A DNA stretch of 49,637 nt from contig CAZGSK010000001.1 of the NCBI GenBank assembly GCA_964528435.1, positions 1 to 49,637 on the forward strand. The letters are read 5' to 3'. Under the pieces are notes generated by a model, which saw only the letters and a list, made by a program, of their open reading frames with translations, was not told the origin of the DNA and did no database searches. The stretch comes from an uncultured Sulfurimonas sp. Lineage in GTDB: Bacteria; Campylobacterota; Campylobacteria; Campylobacterales; Sulfurimonadaceae. Positions 28,878 through 40,433 of the stretch are shown here, in pieces; position 1 is the stretch's first letter; every line of letters begins with the position of its first letter. A program made the position numbers and the translations under genes.

Positions 28878-30080
28878 ATGAAACTTTATATAAAACTTTT
28901 AAAAGATGAACCTGTTCTAAGAAGATTGTCAACCATTCAACTTATATCTTATTTTGGTGCATGGTTTAGTAACATTGCTATCTATACACTGCTTATACAG
29001 TTGAAAGTGTCAGCAGAAATTGTCGCATTTGTAGCAATGCTGAATTTTTTAGCTGGTGTTATTCAAGCACCATTTTCCGGTCCTGTTATTGACAGGTTTC
29101 GTGCAAAAGAGTTGATGCTCTTTTTAATTTTTATAGAGATTGTCTCTACTGCTGCATTGATTTTTGTTCAAGATCTTAGCGACCTTTCATTGTTGTATAT
29201 ATTGATCTTTATTAAAATGGCAGCAGCCTCTTTTTACTTTACAACTGAGATGTCTCTTTTGCCAAAGATTTTAGATGGCGATAAACTTCAAAAGGCTAAT
29301 GAACTTCACTCTATTATTTGGTCACTTTCATATACTTTGGGAATGGCTATCAGTGGATTTGTTGTCTATTGGTTGGGGATAAAAACTGCCTTTTTACTGG
29401 ATGCATTGATGTTTGTTATTGCATTTTTTCTTTTGTATAGTTTAGCGTTTAAAGATGAGATTATTCATCTTAAAGAGAATTTTTTTGCTATGATTCGAGA
29501 TACTTTTAGTTATTTGAAGCTCAATCCAAAAGCACTGCATCTTATGCTCATTCACTCTTTTGTCGGGCTTACTGCTTTTGATGCACTTGTTGCACTTATG
29601 GTAGATAAATATTATGCCTCTATTATTGCCACATCTTTAGCTTTGGGACTATTGCACTCAGCTAGAGCAATTGGTTTGGTAGTTGGTCCTGTTGTGCTTG
29701 GAAAATGGATAAATAACAGACGCCTTGTTTATATTTTTATAGGACAGGGGTTTGCTATTTGGTTGTGGGCATATTGGATGGAGAATTTTTACCTTTCACT
29801 GCTTGCAAGTGTTGTTGTCGGATTTTTCACAACAACACTTTGGTCTTATAGTTATACTTTACTGCAAAAAAATATTGAGCCAAAATATTATGGACGCATT
29901 GTTGCCTATAACGATATGCTTTTTTTAAGTGTGGCTGCATTTACTTCGTATATGATTGGGTATTTGGCTACAGTTGATTATAGTTTACAAAATATCGCTT
30001 TTTTCATGGGACTTGGCTTTATTATAGGTGCAGTGTATTATAATTTCATACTAAAAAAAGAGAAGATTGAAGAGATATGA
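28878..30080 (+). CDS. MFS transporter (DHA3/macrolide-efflux-like)
   Basis: About 12 TM helices; GPVIDRFRAK motif A; L.KAN motif. Confidence 0.88.
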   Translation: MKLYIKLLKDEPVLRRLSTIQLISYFGAWFSNIAIYTLLIQLKVSAEIVAFVAMLNFLAGVIQAPFSGPVIDRFRAKELMLFLIFIEIVSTAALIFVQDLSDLSLLYILIFIKMAAASFYFTTEMSLLPKILDGDKLQKANELHSIIWSLSYTLGMAISGFVVYWLGIKTAFLLDALMFVIAFFLLYSLAFKDEIIHLKENFFAMIRDTFSYLKLNPKALHLMLIHSFVGLTAFDALVALMVDKYYASIIATSLALGLLHSARAIGLVVGPVVLGKWINNRRLVYIFIGQGFAIWLWAYWMENFYLSLLASVVVGFFTTTLWSYSYTLLQKNIEPKYYGRIVAYNDMLFLSVAAFTSYMIGYLATVDYSLQNIAFFMGLGFIIGAVYYNFILKKEKIEEI

Positions 30081-30328
30081 TATTTAGTTTTGCAATACTT
30101 GGTGGCATGCTTTTAAATATTGGTGCCTATTTGACCTACAGAGGTAAGATATATCAATCTGTTATTGTCTATCTGTTTGCAGATATCTGTTGGATTATTA
30201 TGGCATTTGAAAAAGAGGATATTGTTGGTGCTGCTTTTATTGTTGTGGGGACACTTTTTGGATTTTTGGCATATTTGAAGATGAAAGATGGAGTTATGAG
30301 TAAAAGTTTGAGTGAGGATAAAGAGTGA
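30077..30328 (+). CDS. Small 3-TM membrane protein, unknown function
   Basis: ATGA-coupled to the MFS gene; hydrophobic. Confidence 0.7.
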   Translation: MIFSFAILGGMLLNIGAYLTYRGKIYQSVIVYLFADICWIIMAFEKEDIVGAAFIVVGTLFGFLAYLKMKDGVMSKSLSEDKE

Positions 30329-30597
30329 ATTACGAATATAAGGGCGAAGCAATCAGTTTAGAGAACCTAACACGTCTTTATGGGGCTGTTGTTATTGATA
30401 TGCAGGGTGAAGTGGCAGAGATGAGTCTGGAGTGGTTTGATCTTTATGGCGACAAAGTAAAGCTTCTGCATTATGTCCTTGTTTTTGACTATACACCACC
30501 GGGTGAAGATATTCGTAAGAGAAAAGTTTTAGAGTTTGCCACACAAGATGAACTCATAGATACAATGCAAGAGGTAGCACAATTTTTTCAAAAATGA
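30325..30597 (+). CDS. Hypothetical protein
   Basis: GTGA-coupled, SD GAGGA. Confidence 0.7.
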   Translation: MNYEYKGEAISLENLTRLYGAVVIDMQGEVAEMSLEWFDLYGDKVKLLHYVLVFDYTPPGEDIRKRKVLEFATQDELIDTMQEVAQFFQK

Positions 30598-31913
30598 TTT
30601 CAAATGATACAAAAAAGGTTCTTTCACTTGCTTTTCCGGCAGCACTCAAGCAGCTTGTAGATATTCTTCAAGTTCTTATAGATATGCTTATGGTAGGAAC
30701 AGTTGGTGTTGCTGCCCTTGCGGCTGTTGGTATGAGTATGCAGTTTATGATGATTGTCAATGTTTTGATGACACTCTTTGTTATTGGTGGCAATGCGCTC
30801 ATTTCACGTTTTATAGGGCAGGGGAGAAAAAAACGTGCGTCGGCACTGCTCTTTTCTCTTGTTTTACTTGCCATTGTTCTTGGAGCTATTGTCAGTATTA
30901 GTGGATATATCGGAGCCTATCATTTTTATGCGTGGATGGGTGCAACTGCTGAAGTTGTTCAAGAGGGTGGAAGCTATTTTCGCATTATCTCTTTGGGTCT
31001 TATCGTTATCTTTTTAGATACGCTTCTTTATAATGCACTCTCAGCAGCCGGTGATACAAAAAGTTCACTCTATATCAAACTATTTTCATCAGGTATCAAT
31101 GCTTTTTTAAATTATATTTTAATCTTTGGTCATTTTGGTTTTCCTGCTTTGGGTATTGAAGGGGCAGCTATTGCTACAGTTATTGCTTATAGCTTGAATA
31201 ATGTTGCTTATTTTTTACTCATTAAAAAGAAGGCAAATTCCAAACTTGATTTTCTGCCGATTATTCGTAAAAAAGATATTATGCGTGTTTTAAAGGTTGG
31301 CTACACTGCTGCCATCGACAGAGGTGTTTCAATCATCAGTTTTCTCTTTTTTGTTTCCATCATTACAGCCTATGGTACGGTAGAACTTGCCGGCTACCAA
31401 GTCGGGCTACGAGTTGAGGGTATTGCCTTTATGCCTGGCTTTGGTTTTGCTATTGCCTCAATGGCACTTGTTGGACAAAATATTGGAGCACGTAATTTTG
31501 ACAGAGCCTACAATATGGGCATCATCTCTGGACGTATAGCTTATATATTTATGGGAAGTGTTGGCTTGATTATGATACTTTTTCCTGAATATCTGGTGCA
31601 CTTTTTTACCAAAGATCCGTTTACGATTGCTGTAGCTTCAAAATATCTTATTTTAGTCGGTCTTGCACAAATTCCTTTAGCTGTTGTGTTTGTTTACTCC
31701 GCATCGCTGCGTGGAGCGGGAGCGACAAAGACAACACTCAAAGTTAATCTGGTCTCTTTATGGATTTTTCGCCTTTTACCCTCTTATATAGCGTATAAAA
31801 TGGGTTATGGTGTGATTGTTATTTTTGCAATTATGAACTTGGAAACTTTGATAAAAGGGTGTATCTATTGGTATATCTATTCCAAGCGAAATTGGTTGCA
31901 TACAAAAGTTTAA
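30594..31913 (+). CDS. MATE efflux transporter
   Basis: IDMLMVG..G..ALAAVG, AGDTK, LGIEGAAIAT, VGQNIGA and RGAGAT motifs. Confidence 0.93.
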   Translation: MISNDTKKVLSLAFPAALKQLVDILQVLIDMLMVGTVGVAALAAVGMSMQFMMIVNVLMTLFVIGGNALISRFIGQGRKKRASALLFSLVLLAIVLGAIVSISGYIGAYHFYAWMGATAEVVQEGGSYFRIISLGLIVIFLDTLLYNALSAAGDTKSSLYIKLFSSGINAFLNYILIFGHFGFPALGIEGAAIATVIAYSLNNVAYFLLIKKKANSKLDFLPIIRKKDIMRVLKVGYTAAIDRGVSIISFLFFVSIITAYGTVELAGYQVGLRVEGIAFMPGFGFAIASMALVGQNIGARNFDRAYNMGIISGRIAYIFMGSVGLIMILFPEYLVHFFTKDPFTIAVASKYLILVGLAQIPLAVVFVYSASLRGAGATKTTLKVNLVSLWIFRLLPSYIAYKMGYGVIVIFAIMNLETLIKGCIYWYIYSKRNWLHTKV

Positions 31914-31922
31914 AAAAGGTAA

Positions 31923-33887
<1,965 letters not shown>

Positions 33888-33890
33888 TTT

Positions 33891-33931
33891 GTCAAAAGTT
33901 GACTAACTTATCGTATTGTGATAATATATCA
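33891..33931 (+). promoter_or_regulatory. higBA promoter with overlapping inverted repeats
   Basis: TTGACT(33899-33904)-N17-TAATAT(33922-33927); IRs GTCAA-AAG-TTGAC (33891-33903) and TGATA-ATA-TATCA (33919-33931). Confidence 0.65.
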
Positions 33932-33933
33932 AT

Positions 33934-34218
33934 ATGATAAAGTCTTTTAAGTGTAAATATACGCAACAGCTTTTTGATGGTAAAAACTCTAAAAAGTTTT
34001 CTGCTGCAGTGAACAAAATCGGAAAAAGAAAACTGGATATGCTTCATGCTGCATATGATGAGTGTGATTTACGCATACCGCCATCAAATAGGTTTGAACA
34101 CTTAAAAGGTGATTTGAAGGGTTTTTGCAGCATTAGAATTAACGAGCAGTTTCGAGTGATTTTTCGTTTTGAAAATTCAAATGCTTATGATGTCTATATT
34201 GATGATTATCATAAATAA
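33934..34218 (+). CDS. higB: HigB toxin (RelE/ParE superfamily)
   Basis: MIKSFK...RKLDML...PPSNRFEHLKGD...SIRINEQFRVIF...DYH. Confidence 0.92.
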   Translation: MIKSFKCKYTQQLFDGKNSKKFSAAVNKIGKRKLDMLHAAYDECDLRIPPSNRFEHLKGDLKGFCSIRINEQFRVIFRFENSNAYDVYIDDYHK

Positions 34219-34229
34219 GGAGTGACACT

Positions 34230-34523
34230 ATGAATGAAATTCGACCAAGTACGCATCCCGGCGTTATTTTAAAAGAGGAGTTTGTAACTCCTATGGGGCT
34301 CACGCAGGCTAAACTCTCTAAAGATTTAAAAGTTGGCATAAAGACTTTGAGTGAACTCTATAATGAAAAAAGAGGTATTACACCGCTGATGGCACTTAAA
34401 CTTTCAGAGTATTTTGGAACGACACCGCAGTTTTGGATGAACTTGCAAAATGCTTATGATCTGTACAAGGCTTATATGAAAGAGAAGGATAATCTCAAAG
34501 AGATTAGCCACTGTGCAGCATAA
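34230..34523 (+). CDS. higA: HigA antitoxin (HTH)
   Basis: HPGVILKEEF, KRGITPLMALKL..FGTTPQFWMNLQ..YDL. Confidence 0.93.
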   Translation: MNEIRPSTHPGVILKEEFVTPMGLTQAKLSKDLKVGIKTLSELYNEKRGITPLMALKLSEYFGTTPQFWMNLQNAYDLYKAYMKEKDNLKEISHCAA

Positions 34524-34529
34524 AAGTAT

Positions 34530-34985
34530 ATGTTGAAGTTATATATTGACGGAGATGCTTTTCCTAATATTTTAAAACCGATTGTATTGCGTCAGATTGA
34601 AAAGCTGAAGATTCCTACCTATGTTGTGGCTAACAAGAAGATAAATATTGGTAAGTCGGATTATATCACTTATCTTATTGTAGATGCCGATGCCGATGAG
34701 GCAGACCATAAAATAGTGGAGATGCTGCAAGAGGGTGATCTGGTTATTACTGCTGATATTCCGCTGGCTGATAGGGTGATTTCTAAAAATGCGCATGCGA
34801 TTGACCATCGTGGTGAACTTTACAGTAAAGATAATATAAAACAGTATCTTGCGATGCGTAATTTGATGGAGAGCATACGTGAGATGGGGGAAATAACCAA
34901 AGGTCCAAAGCCTTTTGGGAGTAAAGATGCAGAGCATTTTGCAAATCAATTCAATAAATTTTTACAAAAATATGGAGATAAATGA
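34530..34985 (+). CDS. YaiI/YqxD (DUF188) family protein
   Basis: YIDGDA.P, D.AD and GDLVITADIPLA motifs. Confidence 0.9.
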   Translation: MLKLYIDGDAFPNILKPIVLRQIEKLKIPTYVVANKKINIGKSDYITYLIVDADADEADHKIVEMLQEGDLVITADIPLADRVISKNAHAIDHRGELYSKDNIKQYLAMRNLMESIREMGEITKGPKPFGSKDAEHFANQFNKFLQKYGDK

Positions 34986-35692
34986 TGCGTCTTGATAACT
35001 ATCTTGTAGAAAAAGGTTTTTGTGAGAGTCGTAACAAAGCACAGCAGATTATTAAGGAATCGCTTGTCAGTGTTGATGAAACAATAATAAAAAAGCCATC
35101 ATTTACAGTTGAAGCTAAGAGTGTTGTGGAGATAGCAGAACATAAAAGTTATGTCTCACGTGCGGCATATAAACTGCTGTACTTTTTAGATGAGATCGCA
35201 CTTGATGTTAGTGAAAAAAGGGCTTTAGATATTGGTTCTTCTACGGGTGGTTTCACGCAAGTGCTTTTAGAAGCAGGTGTGCGTGAGGTGAGTTGCGTGG
35301 ATGTTGGACATGAGCAGTTGCATCACTCATTGCGTGAGGATAGTCGCGTGAGGGTTTATGAGGGGTGTGATATTCGTAAATTTGAGAGTGATGTGCCTTA
35401 TGAACTTATTGTGAGTGATGTGGCTTTTATTTCACTGCTTTATATTTTAGATGACGTTGATAGGCTTGCTAGTCAAGATATTATTTTACTGTTTAAACCA
35501 CAATTTGAAGTAGGGCGTGAGGCAAAACGAGATAAAAATGGCGTTGTTCTTGATAAAAAAGCCATTGAGCGGGCAATGCAGAAGTTTGAAGATGCTTGTT
35601 TTCTTAAAAAGTGGAAATTAGTTCAGAAATTGCCTGCTCAACTCTCTGGAAAAGAGGGAAATCAAGAGTGGTGTTACTATTTTAAAAAGTAG
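34982..35692 (+). CDS. tlyA: TlyA family rRNA 2'-O-methyltransferase
   Basis: S4 domain MRLD, YVSRAAYKL, LDIGSSTGGFT, KPQFE and GN.E motifs. Confidence 0.93.
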   Translation: MMRLDNYLVEKGFCESRNKAQQIIKESLVSVDETIIKKPSFTVEAKSVVEIAEHKSYVSRAAYKLLYFLDEIALDVSEKRALDIGSSTGGFTQVLLEAGVREVSCVDVGHEQLHHSLREDSRVRVYEGCDIRKFESDVPYELIVSDVAFISLLYILDDVDRLASQDIILLFKPQFEVGREAKRDKNGVVLDKKAIERAMQKFEDACFLKKWKLVQKLPAQLSGKEGNQEWCYYFKK

Positions 35693-35755
35693 ATAGTATT
35701 GATTATCTGAGTTATATATACTATAATGTATGAAAGTAATATTTATGAGGTAGTG

Positions 35756-36577
35756 ATGAAAGAGACCACATCTATAGCAATCGGTGGATTTGACGGTATG
35801 CATATTGGGCATCAGGCTCTATTTTGCGAGTTAGATGAAAATGGTACTATTGTCGTTATAGAAACAGGCTATGCAAATTTGACACCTAATGGATATAGAG
35901 AACATTATACCAATCATAAGATAGAGTATTTTGAACTTGATGATATACGTCATTTGGATGGTGCAGGTTTTATACAACTGCTTCAAGAGAAATTTCCAAA
36001 ACTTCAAAAGATAGTTGTTGGGTATGATTTTCATTTTGGAAAAAACAGGCAGTACTCTTTTAATGATCTTAAAGAACTTTTTGATGGAGAGGTAGTTGTG
36101 GTAGATGAAGTAAAACATAATAATGATTCGGTACATTCGCATAAGATTCGCGCAAAACTCCAAATTGGTGACATAAAAGGTGCCAATGCGTTTTTGGGGC
36201 ATAACTATACCATAGCCGGTAAAAAGGTTGATGGACAGGGAATAGGCTCACGTGAGCTTGTTGCAACAATAAACCTCACGGTAGAAGATTTTTTACTGCC
36301 AAAAGAGGGTGTCTATGCAACACTGACTCGCATTGATAATGAAGAGCATTTTCATCCATCAGTGAGTTTTGTAGGGCATCGTGTGAGTACAGATGGGAGT
36401 TTTGCTGTTGAGACTCATATACTTGACGGTGAAGTTGTATGTGAGCAAGAAGCAGAGATAAGTTTTGTAGATTTTATACGAAACAATGAGAAATTCGACT
36501 CTATTGAGAAGCTCAAAGAGGCGATAAAAAAAGATATAGCACAGGCAAACAGAGTGCTGCATCGTTTAGAATTATAA
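35756..36577 (+). CDS. ribF: Bifunctional riboflavin kinase / FAD synthetase
   Basis: GGFDGMHIGHQ, VVGYDFHFG, TINL and ETHILD motifs. Start moved to the ATG after GAGG because the 35726 ATG overlaps a TATAAT box. Confidence 0.92.
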   Translation: MKETTSIAIGGFDGMHIGHQALFCELDENGTIVVIETGYANLTPNGYREHYTNHKIEYFELDDIRHLDGAGFIQLLQEKFPKLQKIVVGYDFHFGKNRQYSFNDLKELFDGEVVVVDEVKHNNDSVHSHKIRAKLQIGDIKGANAFLGHNYTIAGKKVDGQGIGSRELVATINLTVEDFLLPKEGVYATLTRIDNEEHFHPSVSFVGHRVSTDGSFAVETHILDGEVVCEQEAEISFVDFIRNNEKFDSIEKLKEAIKKDIAQANRVLHRLEL

Positions 36578-36585
36578 GGAAAAAA

Positions 36586-37605
36586 TTGCAAAGAGAATAT
36601 TTACAAGATAAAGAGAAGATAAACTTCAAGTTTGAGCAGACAAAAGAGGACTTTATTGTTGATGAAAATCCACGAAAGTTCAGTGAAAAAGGAAATTATA
36701 TCATTCTGCGTGTGCAGAAGATTGAGATGACAACATGGGATATGATTGCGGCTTTTGCGCACTATTTGAATCTGCCGGCTGAGAAGATTGGTTATGCGGG
36801 GCTCAAAGATAAACACGCTACAACAACGCAGTACATAAGCATTGAAGCGAAGTATGAAAAAGCACTTAAAAAGTTTAAACATCCTGGTATTAAAATACTA
36901 AAAAGAACAAGAGACAAGTACTCTATTCGTATGGGTGATTTGGTTGGAAACCGTTTTAGCATTAATCTTTTTGGTGTTTCACCCATAGAAGCGGGACAAA
37001 TTGAAAAAAGAGCGATGAAACTTGCAAAAGACGGACTGCCAAACTACTTTGGTTATCAGCGTTTTGGGCGTGATGAAGACTCTATAACACAGGCAAAAGA
37101 GATGATAGCAGGGGAGTTGCACATAGAAGACTCTAAGCTCAAGAAGTTTCTTATCTCTGTCTATCAATCGTTTTACTTTAATCAATGGCTGCGTGAGCGT
37201 GTAATGCTCTCACGTGAGAGAAATAACGGAAAATTTTTGCTTTTAGAGGGAGATGTTTACTCTAGTGATGAAGGTAAACTCTTTACTCCAAAAAAGATGC
37301 CGCAGCGTGATTTTGAAGCACATAAGGTTGTTCCTACTGGGCTTTTGTGTGGTCGTGATGTCTTTCGTGCGCGTGATGCTGCACGTGAGATAGAAGAAAA
37401 ATATGATGATGAATTTTTGTATGACAAAGGTTCACGCAGAGAAGCACTTATTTTTCCGACAGATATAAAACTTAACTATAAAAATAATTTTGATATTTTA
37501 AATATTAGTTTTACACTTCCAAAAGGTTCGTATGCAACTGTATTTTTAGAAGCGATTGCAAATAAGAATTTTAGTGCACAGATGGGAAAAGCAAAAAGAA
37601 AGTAA
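36586..37605 (+). CDS. truD: tRNA pseudouridine(13) synthase
   Basis: EDFIVDE, GYAGLKDKHATTTQ, PNYFGYQRFG and LPKGSYAT motifs. Confidence 0.95.
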   Translation: MQREYLQDKEKINFKFEQTKEDFIVDENPRKFSEKGNYIILRVQKIEMTTWDMIAAFAHYLNLPAEKIGYAGLKDKHATTTQYISIEAKYEKALKKFKHPGIKILKRTRDKYSIRMGDLVGNRFSINLFGVSPIEAGQIEKRAMKLAKDGLPNYFGYQRFGRDEDSITQAKEMIAGELHIEDSKLKKFLISVYQSFYFNQWLRERVMLSRERNNGKFLLLEGDVYSSDEGKLFTPKKMPQRDFEAHKVVPTGLLCGRDVFRARDAAREIEEKYDDEFLYDKGSRREALIFPTDIKLNYKNNFDILNISFTLPKGSYATVFLEAIANKNFSAQMGKAKRK

Positions 37606-37613
37606 TACCTCTT

Positions 37614-39152
37614 TTATCTTTTAAAATAGATACGAAGTGCTCCAATTATAAAGAGTACAAGAGCGATCTCTTTGAGCTCTTTATCATACAGAAGTATGAA
37701 AAATCCTGCTGCTATGAAGATGAAACCACCTAAAAGAGATTTTGCATAGTTTTTAACCTCTTTGGCTACCCAGTAAAGTTGATCATCTGAGAGTTTCAAC
37801 TCTATATCATTCTCTGCAACTTTTTGAAAAGTTGTCTGAATATTTTGCAGTATAAATGGGGTGTCTTTTATACCTTGCGTGATGAGTTCACTAAAACTTT
37901 TTGCACCAAGTGCTTTTGGAATATTCTCTTGGAGTGTCGGTAAAATATCTTTAATGCCATTAAAATTTTCTATGTAGGTTGTTCCAAGACCTTCAATGAT
38001 GGCACTCACTCGTAGAATATAGATGGCATCTGATGGAAGTTTAAAAGGTAAATCTTTGGTACTTGCCAAGACATCAAAGGCAAGTTGTTGCATTGATTCA
38101 CTTGTGAGATTTTCATTAGAAAAGATGGCAAACATTTTTGCGCTAAATTCTGCCAGTTCTGCTGTCGGTGCCTCATAGGCAACTGTTCCTAGCCGTTTGT
38201 TTGCGCTGATGTAGAGCTCATAATTTTGCTCATTTGCAGCTTTAATAAGCTCAATAATAGCAATTCTTGTTGTATTTGGTACACGTTTTACCATTCCAAA
38301 GTCGAGTAAAATAAGTTCACCCTCTTTTGAAACCAAAAGATTTCCAGGGTGAGGGTCTGCGTGAAAGTAGCCTTCAAGTAGCATCTGATCGGTATAAAAA
38401 TTGATAAGCTTTCTTATGATTGCGTGAAAATCTATATCATATTTTTGTAGATTCTCTTTATCGTCAAATCGAAACCCCTCTTCGTAGCTCATTACAAGGG
38501 CACAATCACAACAATACTCCTCATAGGGTTTTGGAAAAGTGATGCCGCTGTTTGCATAGACTTCTGAAAAACTTTTGAGATTGTGGAGTTCATTATGAAA
38601 GGAGACCTCTTGAAGTATCATCTTTGAAAATTCGCTAATAACCGCATCTATGGAGTTTTTTGTGTAGGTAGAGAAAAATGGTCGAAAGAGATTATTAAAA
38701 AAGTTTAAAATATGAATATCAACTTTGACCTGTTGGACAATAGTAGCACGTCTGAGTTTTACGGCAACTTTTGTACCGTCATGCAGATAAGCAGAGTGCA
38801 CCTGACCAATAGAGGCTGAAGCTAGTGGTTTTTTGTCAAATGTTTTAAAACAGTTTTTTTCACTAAAAGACTCTTCATAGACTGCTTCAAACTCCTCTTT
38901 GTTCATTGGAGGGAGTTGGTCATGAAGCTCTTTGAGCTCTATAAGATATTCATCATTAAAGAAATCACTTCGTGTAGCGAGAACTTGCGCTAGTTTTATA
39001 AAACTAGCACCAAGTAATATAACGGTAGAACTCAACTCTTTTGGAGGCAGTGGTTTGATTCCTAAAAAGCTCTTTTTTTTCTTAATAAGCAGATAAAGCG
39101 TGAGTAAAAATATAAAAACAGCCCAAACCCTTTTTGGACTGTAATACTTTAT
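37614..39152 (-). CDS. AarF/ABC1/UbiB-family kinase; frame extends 39 codons above the TTG to an ATA
   Basis: FIKLAQ, ASASIGQVH, VAVK, FHADPHPGN and LLDFGMV motifs; start uncertain (ATA 39152 vs TTG 39035). Confidence 0.88.
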   Translation of the reverse strand: MKYYSPKRVWAVFIFLLTLYLLIKKKKSFLGIKPLPPKELSSTVILLGASFIKLAQVLATRSDFFNDEYLIELKELHDQLPPMNKEEFEAVYEESFSEKNCFKTFDKKPLASASIGQVHSAYLHDGTKVAVKLRRATIVQQVKVDIHILNFFNNLFRPFFSTYTKNSIDAVISEFSKMILQEVSFHNELHNLKSFSEVYANSGITFPKPYEEYCCDCALVMSYEEGFRFDDKENLQKYDIDFHAIIRKLINFYTDQMLLEGYFHADPHPGNLLVSKEGELILLDFGMVKRVPNTTRIAIIELIKAANEQNYELYISANKRLGTVAYEAPTAELAEFSAKMFAIFSNENLTSESMQQLAFDVLASTKDLPFKLPSDAIYILRVSAIIEGLGTTYIENFNGIKDILPTLQENIPKALGAKSFSELITQGIKDTPFILQNIQTTFQKVAENDIELKLSDDQLYWVAKEVKNYAKSLLGGFIFIAAGFFILLYDKELKEIALVLFIIGALRIYFKR

Positions 39153-39418
39153 TTTTTGGATGATTTATCCTTTAGTTTTGCAATATCATCTTTTGTTGCA
39201 AGACCAAGTTCATCTATGACCTCTTTTATGCTTGTTTTAAAGAGCTCTTTGAGGCGATCTTCTTCCTCTTTGCCTTTTGTAGAGAGAGATGCTACCAAAG
39301 AGGCAGCATCATCTTTTTTGAGTTTGCCTTCCTCTTCAAGTTTTTTGATTTCGCTTTCTACTTTCTCTTTGAGAACAACGCCCATACCTAAACCTGTGTA
39401 GAGTATATCTTTCAACAT
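39149..39418 (-). CDS. Phasin-like small protein
   Basis: MLKDILYTGLG...L.EEGKL...LGLATKDDI, the pattern typical of small genes paired with ABC1 kinases. Confidence 0.72.
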   Translation of the reverse strand: MLKDILYTGLGMGVVLKEKVESEIKKLEEEGKLKKDDAASLVASLSTKGKEEEDRLKELFKTSIKEVIDELGLATKDDIAKLKDKSSKK

Positions 39419-39477
39419 CTTTAATCCTTTTGGATATTTTCCATATTATAACTCACGCAAGATAATAATTGGAAAGT

Positions 39478-40374
39478 TTACCACTGCTCCTCTTCTTCAT
39501 TAATATCGGCATCATCATAAGGATCCATATGAATGAGGATATGAAGTTTTTTATCATCAGTAAACATTTTTTTGATTTTTGCCTCGACTTTGTCAGCAAT
39601 AGTATGTGCATCATAGAGAGAGATCTCAGGATTGAAAACAGCATGAAAAGAGATGAAAATATGACTTCCAGAAATACGTGTTCTAAGGTAGTGATAGTCT
39701 GTAATCTCTGGCTCACTCTTGATGAGTTCTTTGATTTTGTCAATATCTTCTTTGTCAAGTGCAATATCAAGAAGCATTAAAATTCCCTCTTTTACAATGG
39801 GAATAGCGGAGTAGATCATATAAATAGCAATAGCAATACCTAAAATGGGGTCAATAAGTTCTATACCTGTATAGTGAATAGCAACAAGTGCAAATAAAAC
39901 TGCACCGTTTGAGAAGAGGTCGGTTTTGTAGTGCAGGGCATCTGCACGAATGACCATATTTTGTGTTTTTTTAGCTACATAATTTAAAAAGAAAACAAGA
40001 GCACCCGTAATGACAAAAGAGGCTATCATAACAATGATGCCTTCGCTCATATGTTGCATTGTAGCAGGATGTAATATTTTAGAAATTGCTTCATAGAGAA
40101 TGAAAAGAGCTGAAAGAGATATGATTGTTCCCTCTATGACTGCAGCTAAGGGTTCGAGTTTACTGCGTCCAAAATGAAATTTTTCATCAGGGTTTTTTTC
40201 TGCATTGTGTAGGGCAAAATAGTTAAAAAGAGAAACAATTAAGTCCAGTAGGCTATCGATTGCAGAGGCAAGAATGGCAATAGAACCGCTAAGTATTCCA
40301 ACTGCAAGTTTTAAAAAAACCAGAAGTGCAGCAACACTACTGGACGCTACAGTCGCTTTTTTCTCTAATCTCAA
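39478..40374 (-). CDS. Cation diffusion facilitator (FieF-like)
   Basis: SAIDSLLD, FHFGRSKLE, ADALHY.TD and IHMDP motifs; start moved to TTG 40374 (SD AAGGA). Confidence 0.92.
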   Translation of the reverse strand: MRLEKKATVASSSVAALLVFLKLAVGILSGSIAILASAIDSLLDLIVSLFNYFALHNAEKNPDEKFHFGRSKLEPLAAVIEGTIISLSALFILYEAISKILHPATMQHMSEGIIVMIASFVITGALVFFLNYVAKKTQNMVIRADALHYKTDLFSNGAVLFALVAIHYTGIELIDPILGIAIAIYMIYSAIPIVKEGILMLLDIALDKEDIDKIKELIKSEPEITDYHYLRTRISGSHIFISFHAVFNPEISLYDAHTIADKVEAKIKKMFTDDKKLHILIHMDPYDDADINEEEEQW

Positions 40375-40433
40375 AAAATATCCTTTTATAATTTGGTACA
40401 ATTATATTTAAATTTTGATATATAAAGTATAAA

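Noticed and set aside
33934-34523. higBA as the marker of a larger defence island
   Set aside because: It is flanked directly by ligA and yaiI-tlyA-ribF-truD, with no other defence or mobility genes.
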